A DNA stretch of 64,000 nt from Octopus sinensis (taxonomy: Eukaryota), in the NCBI RefSeq assembly GCF_006345805.1, contig NC_043000.1, positions 6,200,001 through 6,264,000 of the forward strand, read 5' to 3'. Below are positions 1-10,977 of the stretch, in pieces. The notes beneath the pieces are model-generated. The model had not been told where the DNA came from, made no database searches, and worked only from the letters and a program-made list of their open reading frames with translations. Made by a program: the position numbers and the translations under genes. Each line of letters starts with the position of its first letter. Position 1 is the stretch's first letter.

Positions 1-22
1 TGGTAACTGCTGATGCTGCTGT

Positions 23-225
23 TATTGTTGTTAAGCAACAAGATGGGTAAGGGTTATTAGGTGATGGTCTAGGACTTAGGGGCGGGGGACCCCAGACCTT
101 GGAAAAAGAAAAAAATTTGGTTGTCTTGTTGTAGTCAAGGGCTCTTCGTTGACGCCCGACACCACTGGAAGGTGGCCCTCGAAGTCGCTGGAAATGGAGA
201 TCTCCAGGTCCAAATTCTTGAATGG
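23..225 (-). mobile_element. 5'-truncated retroposed insert (unclassified LINE/SINE 3' end) inside the Tigger remnant
   Basis: Flanked by a 16-bp direct repeat CTGCTGAT(G/A)CTGCTGT at 7-22 and 226-241. It has an (AAC/AAT)-type tail on the minus strand and is GC-richer than background. Confidence 0.55.
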
Positions 226-835
226 CTGCTGATACTGCTGTGCATTTTTCTGAGGAATTTTTTGAAGTGATGGATGAGGGTGAATATTTGCCAGTCCAAG
301 TTTTTAATGCAAATAAAACAAACCTTTACTTGAAAAAACTGCTTGCAAAAGAGTTACATAGCTGAAGAGGAAGCCTCAAAGCGACTAAATGCCTGATAAC
401 TACAGTTCTGTGATAACAGCACTGAAGATTATAAAGCTGAACCACTGTTTATAGAACATTCTGTCTGACCTCTTCCTTTCAAGATCATTAGCATGATAAC
501 TCTCCCTGTGCACTGGTGTTTTAACCAAAAATAGGGTGGATGACTAAAGAGAAATATGAAGAGTGGTTTATGACCCACTTCCATGCTGAATTGAAAACAA
601 CTGTGCCAGGAAAAATATTTTTTTAATGGAGTTTTTGCTTTAGATAGCTGTTCTGACTATCCTATAAACTTAATTCACAGTGGTTTGTCTAATACCTAAC
701 ACCATTTCATAGTGATAGTTCTTAAACCAGGAGATGACAGTTACCTTTAAGCTTCTCAAACTTATCTTTGGGGCAATACACAAGGCACTGGTGGACAATA
801 AGGAACTAACTGTATAGCAATATTGGAAATGACTA

Positions 836-1049
836 AGGTGGTGAGCTGGCCAAATTATTAGCAGGCTAGGCAAAATACTTTGTGGCCTTTTGTACGGCCT
901 TACATTCTGAGTTTAAATCTGCAGTGACTGATTTTGCCTTTCGTCCTTTCGTGGTTGATAAAAAAAGTACTAGTTGAATTCTGGAGGTCAATCATATCAA
1001 TTTACCCCCACCCCTGAAATGGCTGGCGTTGTGCCAAAATTTGAAATCC
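836..1049 (+). mobile_element. SINE family B (tRNA-like head plus Meta-like domain)
   Basis: AGGTGGTGAGCTGGC head and GCCTTTCGTCCTTTCGTGGTTGATAAA core. A 16-bp TSD ATATTGGAAATGACTA lies at 820-835 and 1050-1065. Confidence 0.85.
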
Positions 1050-1515
1050 ATATTGGAAATGACTATGTTCTTTAAAATATTTACTTCATTGGCAAAAGCC
1101 CAGCATGTTGTAAACCATGCTTGTCTTTTGAATGGATGGCACAAGTTATTGCCTGACACAGCCCCACCACTTCACTGGTTTTGGAAAGGGTAACATGATT
1201 CTAGTCCTGAATCAGAGCAAGAGTATTAACCATTAGTTGTAGATGGTTTTTCAAAAGTTGCACCAAAATTACATCAGACATGGTGGAAGTTTCTGAGCGA
1301 AAATCAAATGACACAAAGATCTTGAAATTAGTCAACAAGGAACAAAATGACATGGGTATAGAAAACAATGCTGATGATCGTGCAGTGGCTAGACCAACAT
1401 AAACACATCAAATCTAAAAAGAAATAAGGTCCCACTATAAGCAGTTGACTGATCTCATACATGACACAGGCCCAAGTTTTGGAAGAAAATAATCTGTGAT
1501 TACTATTTTAGATAA

Positions 1516-1826
1516 GGAACACTCTGTTGGTTACGATGATGAGGGTCCCAGCTGATACGATCAATGGAACAGCTTGCTCATGAAATTAATGTGCAAGTGA
1601 CTGAGGAATCCACAGACACATGTACCCCTAACGTAGTTCTCAGGGAGATTCAGCGTGACAAGGCTGGCCCTTTGAAATGCAGGTACAACTCATTTTTGCC
1701 AGCTGAGTGGACTGGAGTAACATGAAATAAAGTGTCTTGCTCAAGGACACAACACGTCGCTAGGAATCGAACTCACGACCTTACAATCGTGAGCTGAATG
1801 CCCTAACCACTAAGCCACGCACCTTC
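1516..1826 (-). mobile_element. SINE family C (tRNA-derived, GTGTCCTTGAGCAAGACACTT core)
   Basis: A-box TGGCTTAGTGG and B-box GAGTTCGATTCC on the minus strand. A 14-bp TSD ACTATTTTAGATAA lies at 1502-1515 and 1827-1840. Confidence 0.85.
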
Positions 1827-2130
1827 ACTATTTTAGATAATGGTATTGCATCCTACAAAGAAACTTATATGGAACGACGAGAATCTGGTAAGAAGTCAAT
1901 GGCAACAACTTTCTTCAAGAGTTTTTCTGTATCTACTGCCCCAGTTTAAGGACTATCTCCAGCACCCTCACCTGCACTGCAGTGAGTAGAACCAGTGTTG
2001 AGCTTCTCCGGGGTCATCACTACTATCATTTCCTTTGTTCTTAATCTAAAGCTCACACACACATTAAGATAATAACAAAGACCCTTCGTTTCCTGGTACA
2101 CATCTGACTGTACAAGTCTCCCTCTCTTTC

Positions 2131-2165
<35 letters not shown>

Positions 2166-2354
2166 TTCTCTATTACCAGATAAATAACATTCCACTGGAA
2201 CTCCTCTGCTATGTACATCCTGCAGCAATTAGAATTTCCTAAACTCGTATAATTATTCATTCTCACATCCTAGTATAAGAGAGAGATTTACTTTACACTA
2301 ACTCACAGATAAAAAACAATTAACATAGTTCTATATCTAAGAGATGAGGAATTA

Positions 2355-2500
2355 TGTACATTATTTACATTATTTACATTTGATGGATATTTGTCCTCAT
2401 CTTGTTTGTTGTTAACACAACATTTTGGCTGATATACCCTCCAGCCTTCATCAGGTGTTTTGGGGAAATTTCGAACCTGGGTTCTCATTCCTAAGGTATT

Positions 2501-2559
<59 letters not shown>

Positions 2560-2640
2560 ATTATTATTATTATTATTCAAGTCACTGCCTGGAATTGAAC
2601 TCGGAATCTTGGGGTTAGGAGCCCGCACTTCTAACCCACA
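2355..2640 (-). mobile_element. tRNA-headed SINE-like element with internal (AAT)n(AAC)n and a Penelope/hammerhead-like 3' part
   Basis: Minus strand: B-box GAGTTCAATTCC, then a microsatellite at 2502-2577, then CTGATGA-A-GGCTG..CAGCC-AAAA, then an (AATGTAAAT)n tail. Confidence 0.6.
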
Positions 2641-2689
2641 GACATGTGGCGTAGTGGGTTACATCAAATGTAAATAAAACCAATTAATG

Positions 2690-2965
2690 TAGGCGCTGCG
2701 TAGTTAAGAAGTTTCCTTTTGAACCTTGAGATTTTAGGCAAGTGTCTTCTACTATAATCCTGGGTTGATCAAAGCCTTGTGAGTGAATTTGGGTGCCAGA
2801 AACTGAAAGAAGCTCATTGTGTGTGTGTGTGTGTGTGTGTTTGTCTCCCCCAAAAACTGCTTGATGACTGGTGTTGGTGTGTTTACATCCCAGTAACTTA
2901 GTGGTTCAGCAACTAATAAGTTTGTACTGGAATCGATTTGTTCAAGTAAACCCTTCAAGACTGAA
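2690..2965 (+). mobile_element. SINE family A, degenerate
   Basis: Contains GGCAAGTGTCTTCTACTATA, AAAGCCTTGTGAGTG and a central (TG)n. Confidence 0.75.
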
Positions 2966-3385
2966 AAAAAATAACGGGTAAAAGATGAAAAAAAAATAGA
3001 CATCCACAACTCAACATAGATATACGAGTACCACCAAATATCTAAATGATTCTTAGATGTTGATAAAGCATGATGGCAATACTTTTTTACTATTTTAAAA
3101 GAACAGAGAATTCCAAAAGTGATTCAAAGGTTGAGAGCTTTGTGCCTGGCGTTTATTCAACTAAACTCCCAGCCCTTGTGTCACCTTTGGAACTTCTTGC
3201 TGATTAAAAATAATTAAAAAAAAGTATATATATACTATATACAGAGTTTTAGCTCTTGTTCTATCTATCTGTCTGTCTATCTATATACATACATACATAC
3301 TTACAAACATACAAACATACATACATACATAAAATAACGATGGTGGCTATGATAAAAAAAAGAAAAAATTCAATCATCACTAATT

Positions 3386-3745
3386 GGCACAGGAGTGGCT
3401 GTGTGGTAAGTAGCTTGCTTACGAACCACATGGTCCCGAGTTCAGTCTCACTGCATGCCACCTAGGGCAAGTGTCTTCTACTATAGCCTTGGGCCGACCA
3501 ATGCCTTGTGAGTGGATTTGGTAGACAGAAACTGAAAGAAGTCTGTCATATGTATATGTATATATATATGCGTGTGTGTGTTTGTGTGTCTGTGTTTATC
3601 CCCCTAGCATTGCTTGACAACCGATGCTGGTGTGTTTACGCCTCCTTACAAAGAATAAGTCCCGGGGTTGATTTGCTCGACTAAAGGTGGTGCTCCAGCA
3701 TGGCCGCAGTCAAATGACTGAAACAAGTAAAAGAGTAAAAGAGTA
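3386..3745 (+). mobile_element. SINE family A (most abundant repeat in the window)
   Basis: GGAGTGGCTGTGTGGTAAG head with B-box-like GAGTTCAGTC, central (TA)/(TG)n, and a GACTGAAACAAGTAAAAGAG tail. About 25 related copies occur in the window. Confidence 0.9.
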
Positions 3746-3854
3746 AATTGTGACTGAGCGTGCAGGGTAGCACCTTCTCTTATTTCTAGCTGTGTAGAAT
3801 TAGTTACAATTGAATTATATGTGTGTGTGTATATATATGTATGTATATATATAA

Positions 3855-6630
3855 CGAGGTAGTCAGAGTAAGTGATAGAGTACTTAAGATTAGATTAGTG
3901 CTTCACCATAGGTCAGCTACTATCATCTCGGCATATGCCCCTCAACCAGGGCTACCGGAAGGACACAAAGACCAATTCTATGACACCCTATTGCGGACTA
4001 CCTCGTTGACAAATGACAGTGACCTCCTCTTCGTGGCAGGTGATTTCAATGGACATGTTGGACGGCATGTCGGGGGCTTCCATGGCGGGCATGGAGGCTA
4101 CGGTTTTGGCTCTCGTAATGAGGAGGGAACCAGGCTGCTGGAGTTCTGTGATGCAAATGACCTTATGGTCTGCAATACCAACTTCAGGAAACCCACCTCT
4201 CACCTAGTCACCTACCGTTCTGGCAGACACACTAGCCAGATTGACTACATCCTTGCCAGAAAAAGGGAAAGAGGGCTGCTTATAAATGCCAAAACCTTTC
4301 CAGGTGAAGAATGTACTCCTCAACATAGATTAGTAGTTAGCGACTTCAGGATCAGAGCTAAATGGTTGCCCAGAAGAAGACCTGCTTGGAGGAGAAGGGT
4401 CTGGAAGCTTAAGATCCTGCAAATGGACAGAGATTTAGAGACATACTACTCGAAGCCTTTGACGAATAGAAGGGGATATAGCTTCACTTAATGTGGAAAG
4501 CAACTGGAGATTTCTACGGGACAATCTGCTGACAGCCACTGACCAGATCTGTGGATGGAGCAAAGTACCATCTCGACCCAGAGTAACATGGTGGTGGAAC
4601 ACTGTGGTTGACAGGGCTATTAGACAAAAGAGACAGGCTTGGAAGGACTGGAAGAACGGTGGTAGCAGGGAATGGTATCTCACAGCTAGAAGGGAAGCTA
4701 GGAGACAGGTTTATTTAGCCAGAGGAGAAGCGGATAAGAAAAAATTTGCCAATGTTCTGAGCCGTGAGGATGAAAGACTTGAGGTATTTCGTGTTGCAAG
4801 ACAGTGTGTGAGAGAGAATCGTGATGTGGTAGGAGAGAAGTGTGTTCGCATGGATGATGGTTCACTTGCGCTAAATGAGGATGCAAAGAGAGAGGTTTGG
4901 AGATGCCACTATGAAAGGTTGCTGAATAAAGAAAATGAATGGGATATAAGAGAGAGTCTGCCGAATGTTGACCCTACAAAGGACCAGCTATCCGAGTTGA
5001 TAGTTCCGTGGTAGCTAAGGCAATTAGAAGCATGAAGACAGGGAAAGCCCCAGGCCCATCAGGAACTACTGCAGAGATGCTCAAAATATCTGGCAGTGTC
5101 GGCTATAACCTAGTCACCCGTATAGTCAACCAGGTGATACACGAAGGAGTCATACCCAATGACTGGTGCAGCAGCATACTAGTCAACTGCTACAAAGGTA
5201 AAGGTGATGCCCTAGATACAATAATTACAGAGGTATCAAGCTGTTGGATCAAGTAATGAAGGTTACGGAGAGGGTCATAGCCCAACTAATTAGAGAGAGA
5301 GTTAGTTTAGATGAGATGCAGTTTGGGTTCGTGCCAGGGAAAAGTACCACTGATGCTATATTCCTGGTAAGGCAGCTGCAGGAGAAATACCTAGCCAAAG
5401 ATAAGCCCCTGTACCTGGCTTTCGTTGACATGGAGAAAGCTTTTGATAGGTCCCCCGATCCTTATCTGGTGGTCAATGAGGAAACTAGGGATAGATGAAT
5501 GGCTGGTGAGGACTGTGCAAGCCATGTACAGAGATGCCGTAAGTAAGGTTAGGGTTGGCAACATGTACACAGAAGAATTCAAAGTAGAGGTTGGGGTCCA
5601 CCAGGGTTCAGTACTCAGCCCCCTCCTATTTATCATAGTACTCCAGGCAATTACGGAGGAATTCAAGACAGGCTGTCCCTGGGAGCTCCTCTACACTGAC
5701 GACCTTGCTATTATTGCTGAGTCACTATCAGAACTGGAGGAGAAGTTCCAGGTGTGGAAGGAGAGTTTAGAATCAAGGGGCCTTAGAGTCAACCTAGCTA
5801 AAACCAAAGTACTAATAAGTAGGAAGGTAGACAATCCACAAATGTCTTCAGGAAGATGGCCCTGCTCGATCTGTAGAAAAGTGTAGGTAGAAACTCTATA
5901 AGATGTACCCAGTGTAAGCTATGGACACATAAGAGGTGCAGCAATGTCAAAGGTAGGCTAACTGGGAGATAGTTTTTGTATGTGGCAGATGCTCGGGAGC
6001 ATTAACCTCCGAAAATCTGCAGAAAACAACTTCCGTCACTTTCCAGGGGGAAAAACTAGAAGTAGTTGATAGCTTCCGTTATCTAGGTGACCAAGTCAGT
6101 AGTGGGGGTGGTGCGCTGAAAGTGTAACTGCTAGAATAAGAATAGCCTGGGCAAAGTTTAGGGAGCTCTTACCTCTGCTGGTGACTAAAGCCTCTCGCTC
6201 AGAGTAAAAGGCAGACTGTATGATGCGTGTGTAACGAACAGCCATGCTACATGGCAGCGAAACATGGGCCGTGACTGCTGAGGACATGCGTAAGCTCGTG
6301 AGGAATGAAGCCAGTATGCTCCGATGGATGTGTAATGTCAGTGTACATACTCGACAGAGCGTTAGCACCTTGAGAGAAATGTTGTACCTAAGAAGCATCA
6401 GTTGTGGTGTGCAAGAGAGACGATTGCGCTGGTATGGTCATGTGGCGAGAATGGATGAAGATAGGTGTGTGAGAAAGTGCCAATCCCTAGCAGTTGAGGG
6501 AACCCGTGGAAGAGGTAGACCCAGGAAAACCTGGGACGAGGTGGTGAAGCACGACCTTCGAACTTTAGGCCTCACTGAGGAAATGACCAGCGACGAGACC
6601 TTTGGAAATATTCTGTACGTGAGAAGACCA
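3855..6630 (+). pseudogene. Frameshifted RTE ORF2: APE endonuclease, reverse transcriptase with an inserted PHD finger, and C-terminal domain
   Basis: Consecutive ORFs 3823-4491, 4493-5014, 5008-5256, 5244-5498, 5425-5886 and 6244-6693 join through 1-nt frameshifts. Confidence 0.9.
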
Positions 6631-7300
6631 GGCAGGACAAGTGCCCAGCCCACTTATGAATGCTTTCCTCCCTTGGACACAAAGACCTGTTGAGGCAAGC
6701 GAAGTCGATATAGAACCTCATCCGACGACAGACAACCCATGCCAACCCCCTTTGCTTGTGAAGACATGTTGGGGCAAGCGAAATCGAAATCAAATTGAAC
6801 CAGCCAGGATCCCTGGTCTGGTGGACGTAAAAGCACTATCCGACTCGTGCTGTGGCACGTAAAATACTCCAATGCGACCGTACGACAGGTACTCATGCCA
6901 CCCCCTTTGCTTGTGAAGACATGTTGGGGCAAGCGAATCGAAATCGAAATCGAATTGAACCAGCCAGGATCCCTGGTCTGGTGGTACGTAAAAAGCACTA
7001 TCTGACTCGTGGCCGATGCCAGCACCGCCTCGACTGGCTTCCGTGCCGGTGGCACATAAAATACACCAATCCGACCGTGGCCGTTGCCAGCCTCGCCTGG
7101 CACCTGTGCAGGTGGCACGTAAAAAGCACCCACTACACTCACGGAGTGGTTGGCGTTAGGAAGGGCATCCAGCTGTAGAAACATTGCCAGATTAGACTGG
7201 AGCCTGGTGCAGCCTTCTGGCTTCCCAGAACCCCGGTCGAACCGTCCAACCCATGCTAGCATGGAGAACGGACGTTAAACGATGATGATGATGATGATGA
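3855..7300 (+). mobile_element. RTE-clade LINE, 5'-truncated in the endonuclease, with a long 3'UTR and (GAT)n tail
   Basis: APE motifs (SAYAPQ, AGDFNGHVG, SQIDYIL) and RT motifs (KAPGPSG, QFGFVPGKSTTDAIF, FVDMEKAFD, GVHQGSVLSPLLF, YTDD, FRYLG). RTE C-terminus LRWYGHV..RGRGRPRKTW. Flanked on both sides by (TA)n. Confidence 0.95.
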
Positions 7301-7556
7301 TGATATATATATATATATGTATTATATATAAATATATTATATATATATATATATAATATATTATTATATAAATATATATTATATATATATAAATTATATA
7401 TATTATATATATATGTATGTATGTACACACACACACATGCACACATTAGAAGGTTGTTTGATATGGCTGGCCAGAAAGTGACCGTTGGCTTCACACCTAT
7501 AAGGCACCTAGCTATATAGGTGACTTGTCAGACTCAAATGGCCAGAGGCACATAAC

Positions 7557-7614
<58 letters not shown>

Positions 7615-7898
7615 GTACACATGTGTGTGTGCTTAGAGAGAGAGAGAGAGATATGTAAGAATGTATGTGTGTGTAAAGCCTTTGTGTCCTAATCTACTTA
7701 ATTGGAGGATAATCAAGATTGATTTATAACCTTTTGATTGTCGGAGGCAGCTAAAGCAAATATTGGCAATCAACTTAGTTGTGTAATTAACAAAGGAAAG
7801 GAGAAAAGGACTGACCTCTTCACCCTTAACTGGCAAACAGCCCCAAAAAAGACAAAAACAACTAATTTTAGGAGTAGAGCCACAGTAAAGTAAAAGTG

Positions 7899-7934
<36 letters not shown>

Positions 7935-8254
7935 TGTTGTCTATGTGATTCCAAAAACATTATCAAATGTACTTTTAAGCGTACGTAAAAGTGTAAATAC
8001 CATTTACTCACATCTTATGATCACTCTATTATCATGTCATCAAATTACTTTTAAAACAAACTTTTAATTTTCTTATGTTTTGATAGACAGTCTCTTGAAC
8101 AATACTCTGTGCAAAATCAAAAGTATGGCACCCTAGTTATAATACTGACTTGAACTTTTAACTGGTTTTCTCTTGAGGTCTCTGGGTGAGAGACTTGGAG
8201 TCAACTTCTACAAATACAGAGCAAAAGCCAAACAAAAATGATAATAATGATAAT

Positions 8255-9310
8255 CCTTTCTACTATAGGCACAAGACCTGAAATTTTGGGGGAGGGGTTA
8301 AGTGGATTACATCAACGCCAGTGTTTCACTGGTACTTAATTTATCAAACCCTGAAAGGATAAAAAGAGAAGTCGACCTTAGCAGAATTTGAACTCAAGAC
8401 ATAAAGACAGGAATTTAAGAGGAGGAGATTATTTGACACTATTGACCCCTGATTTACAAAAAGCAAAGTTGACCTTGGCAGGATTTGAACTCTGAATGTA
8501 AAGAGCTGGAAGAAATGGTGCTAAGCATTTTTTATAATATGGAGGCAATTCACTCAGCTTGCAATAACAATTCCTAACAATTCTGCCAGCTCGCCGCCTC
8601 ATAATAATTTTTGGTGGAAGGCCAGCAATATCAGGGGAGGAGTAAGTCAATTACATCGACCCCAGTATTCAACAGGTACTTATTTTTATTGACCTTGAAA
8701 GGATGAAAGGCAAAGTCAGTCTTGGCAGAATTTGAACTCGGAACATAAAGGCAGACAAAATTCTGCTAAGCATTTTGCCCAGCATGCTAATGATTCTGCT
8801 AGCTCACCACCTTGATGATGATGATGATAATAGTAATCTTTTCTACTCTAGGCACGAGGCCCAAAATTTTTTGGGAGGGGGCCAGTTGATTAGATCGATC
8901 TCAGTACGCAACTGGTACTTAATTCATCGACCCCAAAAGGATGAAAGGCAAAATCAACACTAGCGGAATTTGAACTCTGAATGTAAAGACAGCATTTCAC
9001 CCGTGAAGACACTTGCCCAATATCTCAAAGTTCAAAAGGAAACTTCTTAACTACACAGCACCTATGTTAATTGGCTTCATTTACATTTGATGGATATTTG
9101 TCCTCATCTTGCTTGTTGTTATTTTGTTGGGTAGGGTGCTTGGTGTCTAGTCAATTACATTGACCCCAGTGCTTGACTGGTACTTAATTTATCAACCCTG
9201 AAAGGATGAAAGGCAAAATCAACTGAGCAGGATTTGAACTTAGAATGTAAAGAACCGGAAGAGGTGCTGCTAAGCCTTTTGTCTGACACACAACAATTTC
9301 AGACAGCTTG
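8255..9310 (-). mobile_element. Cluster of about 5 SINE family B copies
   Basis: Repeated GAAAGGATGAAAGGCAAAGTC...GAATTTGAACTC blocks near 8350, 8460, 8700, 8935 and 9200. Confidence 0.85.
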
Positions 9311-9327
9311 CAACAACAACAGCAATA

Positions 9328-9648
9328 ACAAGAGCACTCAGAGAGCACAAACTTCTGCCCAGGCAAAACCAATGTCCTCTCAACGATTAATCAGAGATGA
9401 TCTTTAAAATGAGAATATCTGAAATAAACTCAACTGCTCTCACAAGTGATAATACTAAAAATGAACCCAACCGCTCTCAAAAATTGAGTAAAAAACCGGA
9501 AAAATAATCCAGAATTCTCGTCCTGTACTGGATCAGTCCTAAATTCTAATCAGTTCATGCTAGTCACATGACCAAACATCGCTGAAAGTTTCATTTAAAT
9601 CCATCCAGCAGTTCTTGAGACATCTTGTCCACAGACAAACAACCAAAC
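9328..9648 (+). mobile_element. Helentron-associated (HINE/DINE-like) non-autonomous element, 3' part missing
   Basis: Starts ACAAGAGCACTCAGAGAGC and contains AAAGTTTCAT..AAATCCATCCAG..TTGAGA..ACAGACAAAC, which resembles HINE 3' modules. Confidence 0.5.
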
Positions 9649-10069
9649 AAGCACCCCATATAACCTCACATAACTTTTTCATTTTTTGGAATTTTCAGAA
9701 AACTTTTGAGAATTTGTGTTCTACACACAGGAATTTATACAATTACAATAACATTTTGGCATGTGATTTAAGGGAAATTTAGCTGTTGCTTTTAGCACAT
9801 CATACCTTCCTCGTTTTTATGTTTTTCAATATTTTTCTCCCCATAAACATATTTGATGGTCCAATGCTGGGATTTAAGCAAAAGAATTCAGATTATCTGT
9901 ATTCTAAACTCTGATTTATATTAAAAAAAAAAAATTGAAAAGGGGTTGAAATTTTAGGATTTATGGGGGATAAAAAAGTTTTTTATCATGGATTCCCATG
10001 TGTAGGAAACAAATTCACAAAAATTTTCTAAAAATCCCAAAAGATAATGAGGGATTATATGGGGGGCTT
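9649..10069. mobile_element. Foldback MITE with imperfect TIRs of about 85 bp
   Basis: AAGCACCCCATATAACCTCA...AATTTGTGTTCTACAC pairs with GTGTAGGAAACAAATT...TGAGGGATTATATGGGGGGCTT. Confidence 0.65.
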
Positions 10070-10977
10070 AAACAAGAATCCCACCTATAATGATAGCATT
10101 TGTATACATGAAAAATGATATTAATACTAGTAATAACAAGAACAATATTTTGGCAATAGAATGATACGAACATTAATGCTTTTTATTGTGTATTTAGCAA
10201 ACACTTAACTGCAATAAATAAGAAAACAAAAAACAAAACACGACTATATCTTAGTTTTAGTAGAATGGAAGAAAACTATTACAAATTCTCTCACCGACAA
10301 GTGCAGAGTTTCAACAAAGAAATAACATAAAAATGCAGATTTGGTATGACGAGATGATGAGAAATATCTCCTGACTGCCAAAGCAAAGATAATTACATAA
10401 ATGTGCAGGTGTGCAGGTGTGTGATTGTGTGCAAAGTGAATGTATGTGAATATGTACATTTATACATGTATACAAGCATGTGTGTATCTGTGTGTGTGTA
10501 TAGTAGCTGTTTTCTTGTATATGAGCAAAGCCATTGCTAGAAAGAATCACTGAAATGAGCCATTGATGATGCAGTGTGAGGCCCTTGTATGACTAGCCAA
10601 AGTTTTGCATATTCTATTGCATAATTGCACAGCTATGCTGGCTGGCAGAGGGTCCAGATGCTACAGTATGAAGTCTTTTAACATGCCTTTTCAATCCTAT
10701 AAACTGAAAGGTACACCTTTCCACAGGCTGCACATGTTCTGTTGTGAACGATAGCTGTATCACAATCTACACAGGGTTGATTCCCCTGAGTTTTCTGATG
10801 GCTAACCAGGCCTGCATGACTCAAGCATTTCCTTCCAGGAATCACAGACATAAAAAGCAGCACCCCCTCATTTTCCACTGTCTGTTTTGTATGTATGTGT
10901 GTGTGTGTGCATGTGTGCACACATGCACGCTTGCACACATGCATGCTTGCACACATGCACACTTGCACACATGCATG

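Larger units (their letters stand above)
226..1950 (+). pseudogene. Degenerate Tigger/pogo-family (DDE_1) transposase, split by SINE insertions
   Basis: Manual translation with frameshifts gives EEFFEVMDEGEYLPVQVFNANKT, LPVHWCFNQK, YEEWFMTHFHAE, AKAQHVVNHACLLNGWHKLLPD and SYKETYMERRESGKKSMATTFFK. These are collinear with Tigger motifs (YLPEQVFNADET, LPVHWRSNKK, FEEWF, AKAW...GCWKKLWP). Confidence 0.75.

Noticed and set aside
1750-1826. tRNA gene (also other A/B-box heads)
   Set aside because: These heads run into SINE bodies with TSDs and show no complete cloverleaf.
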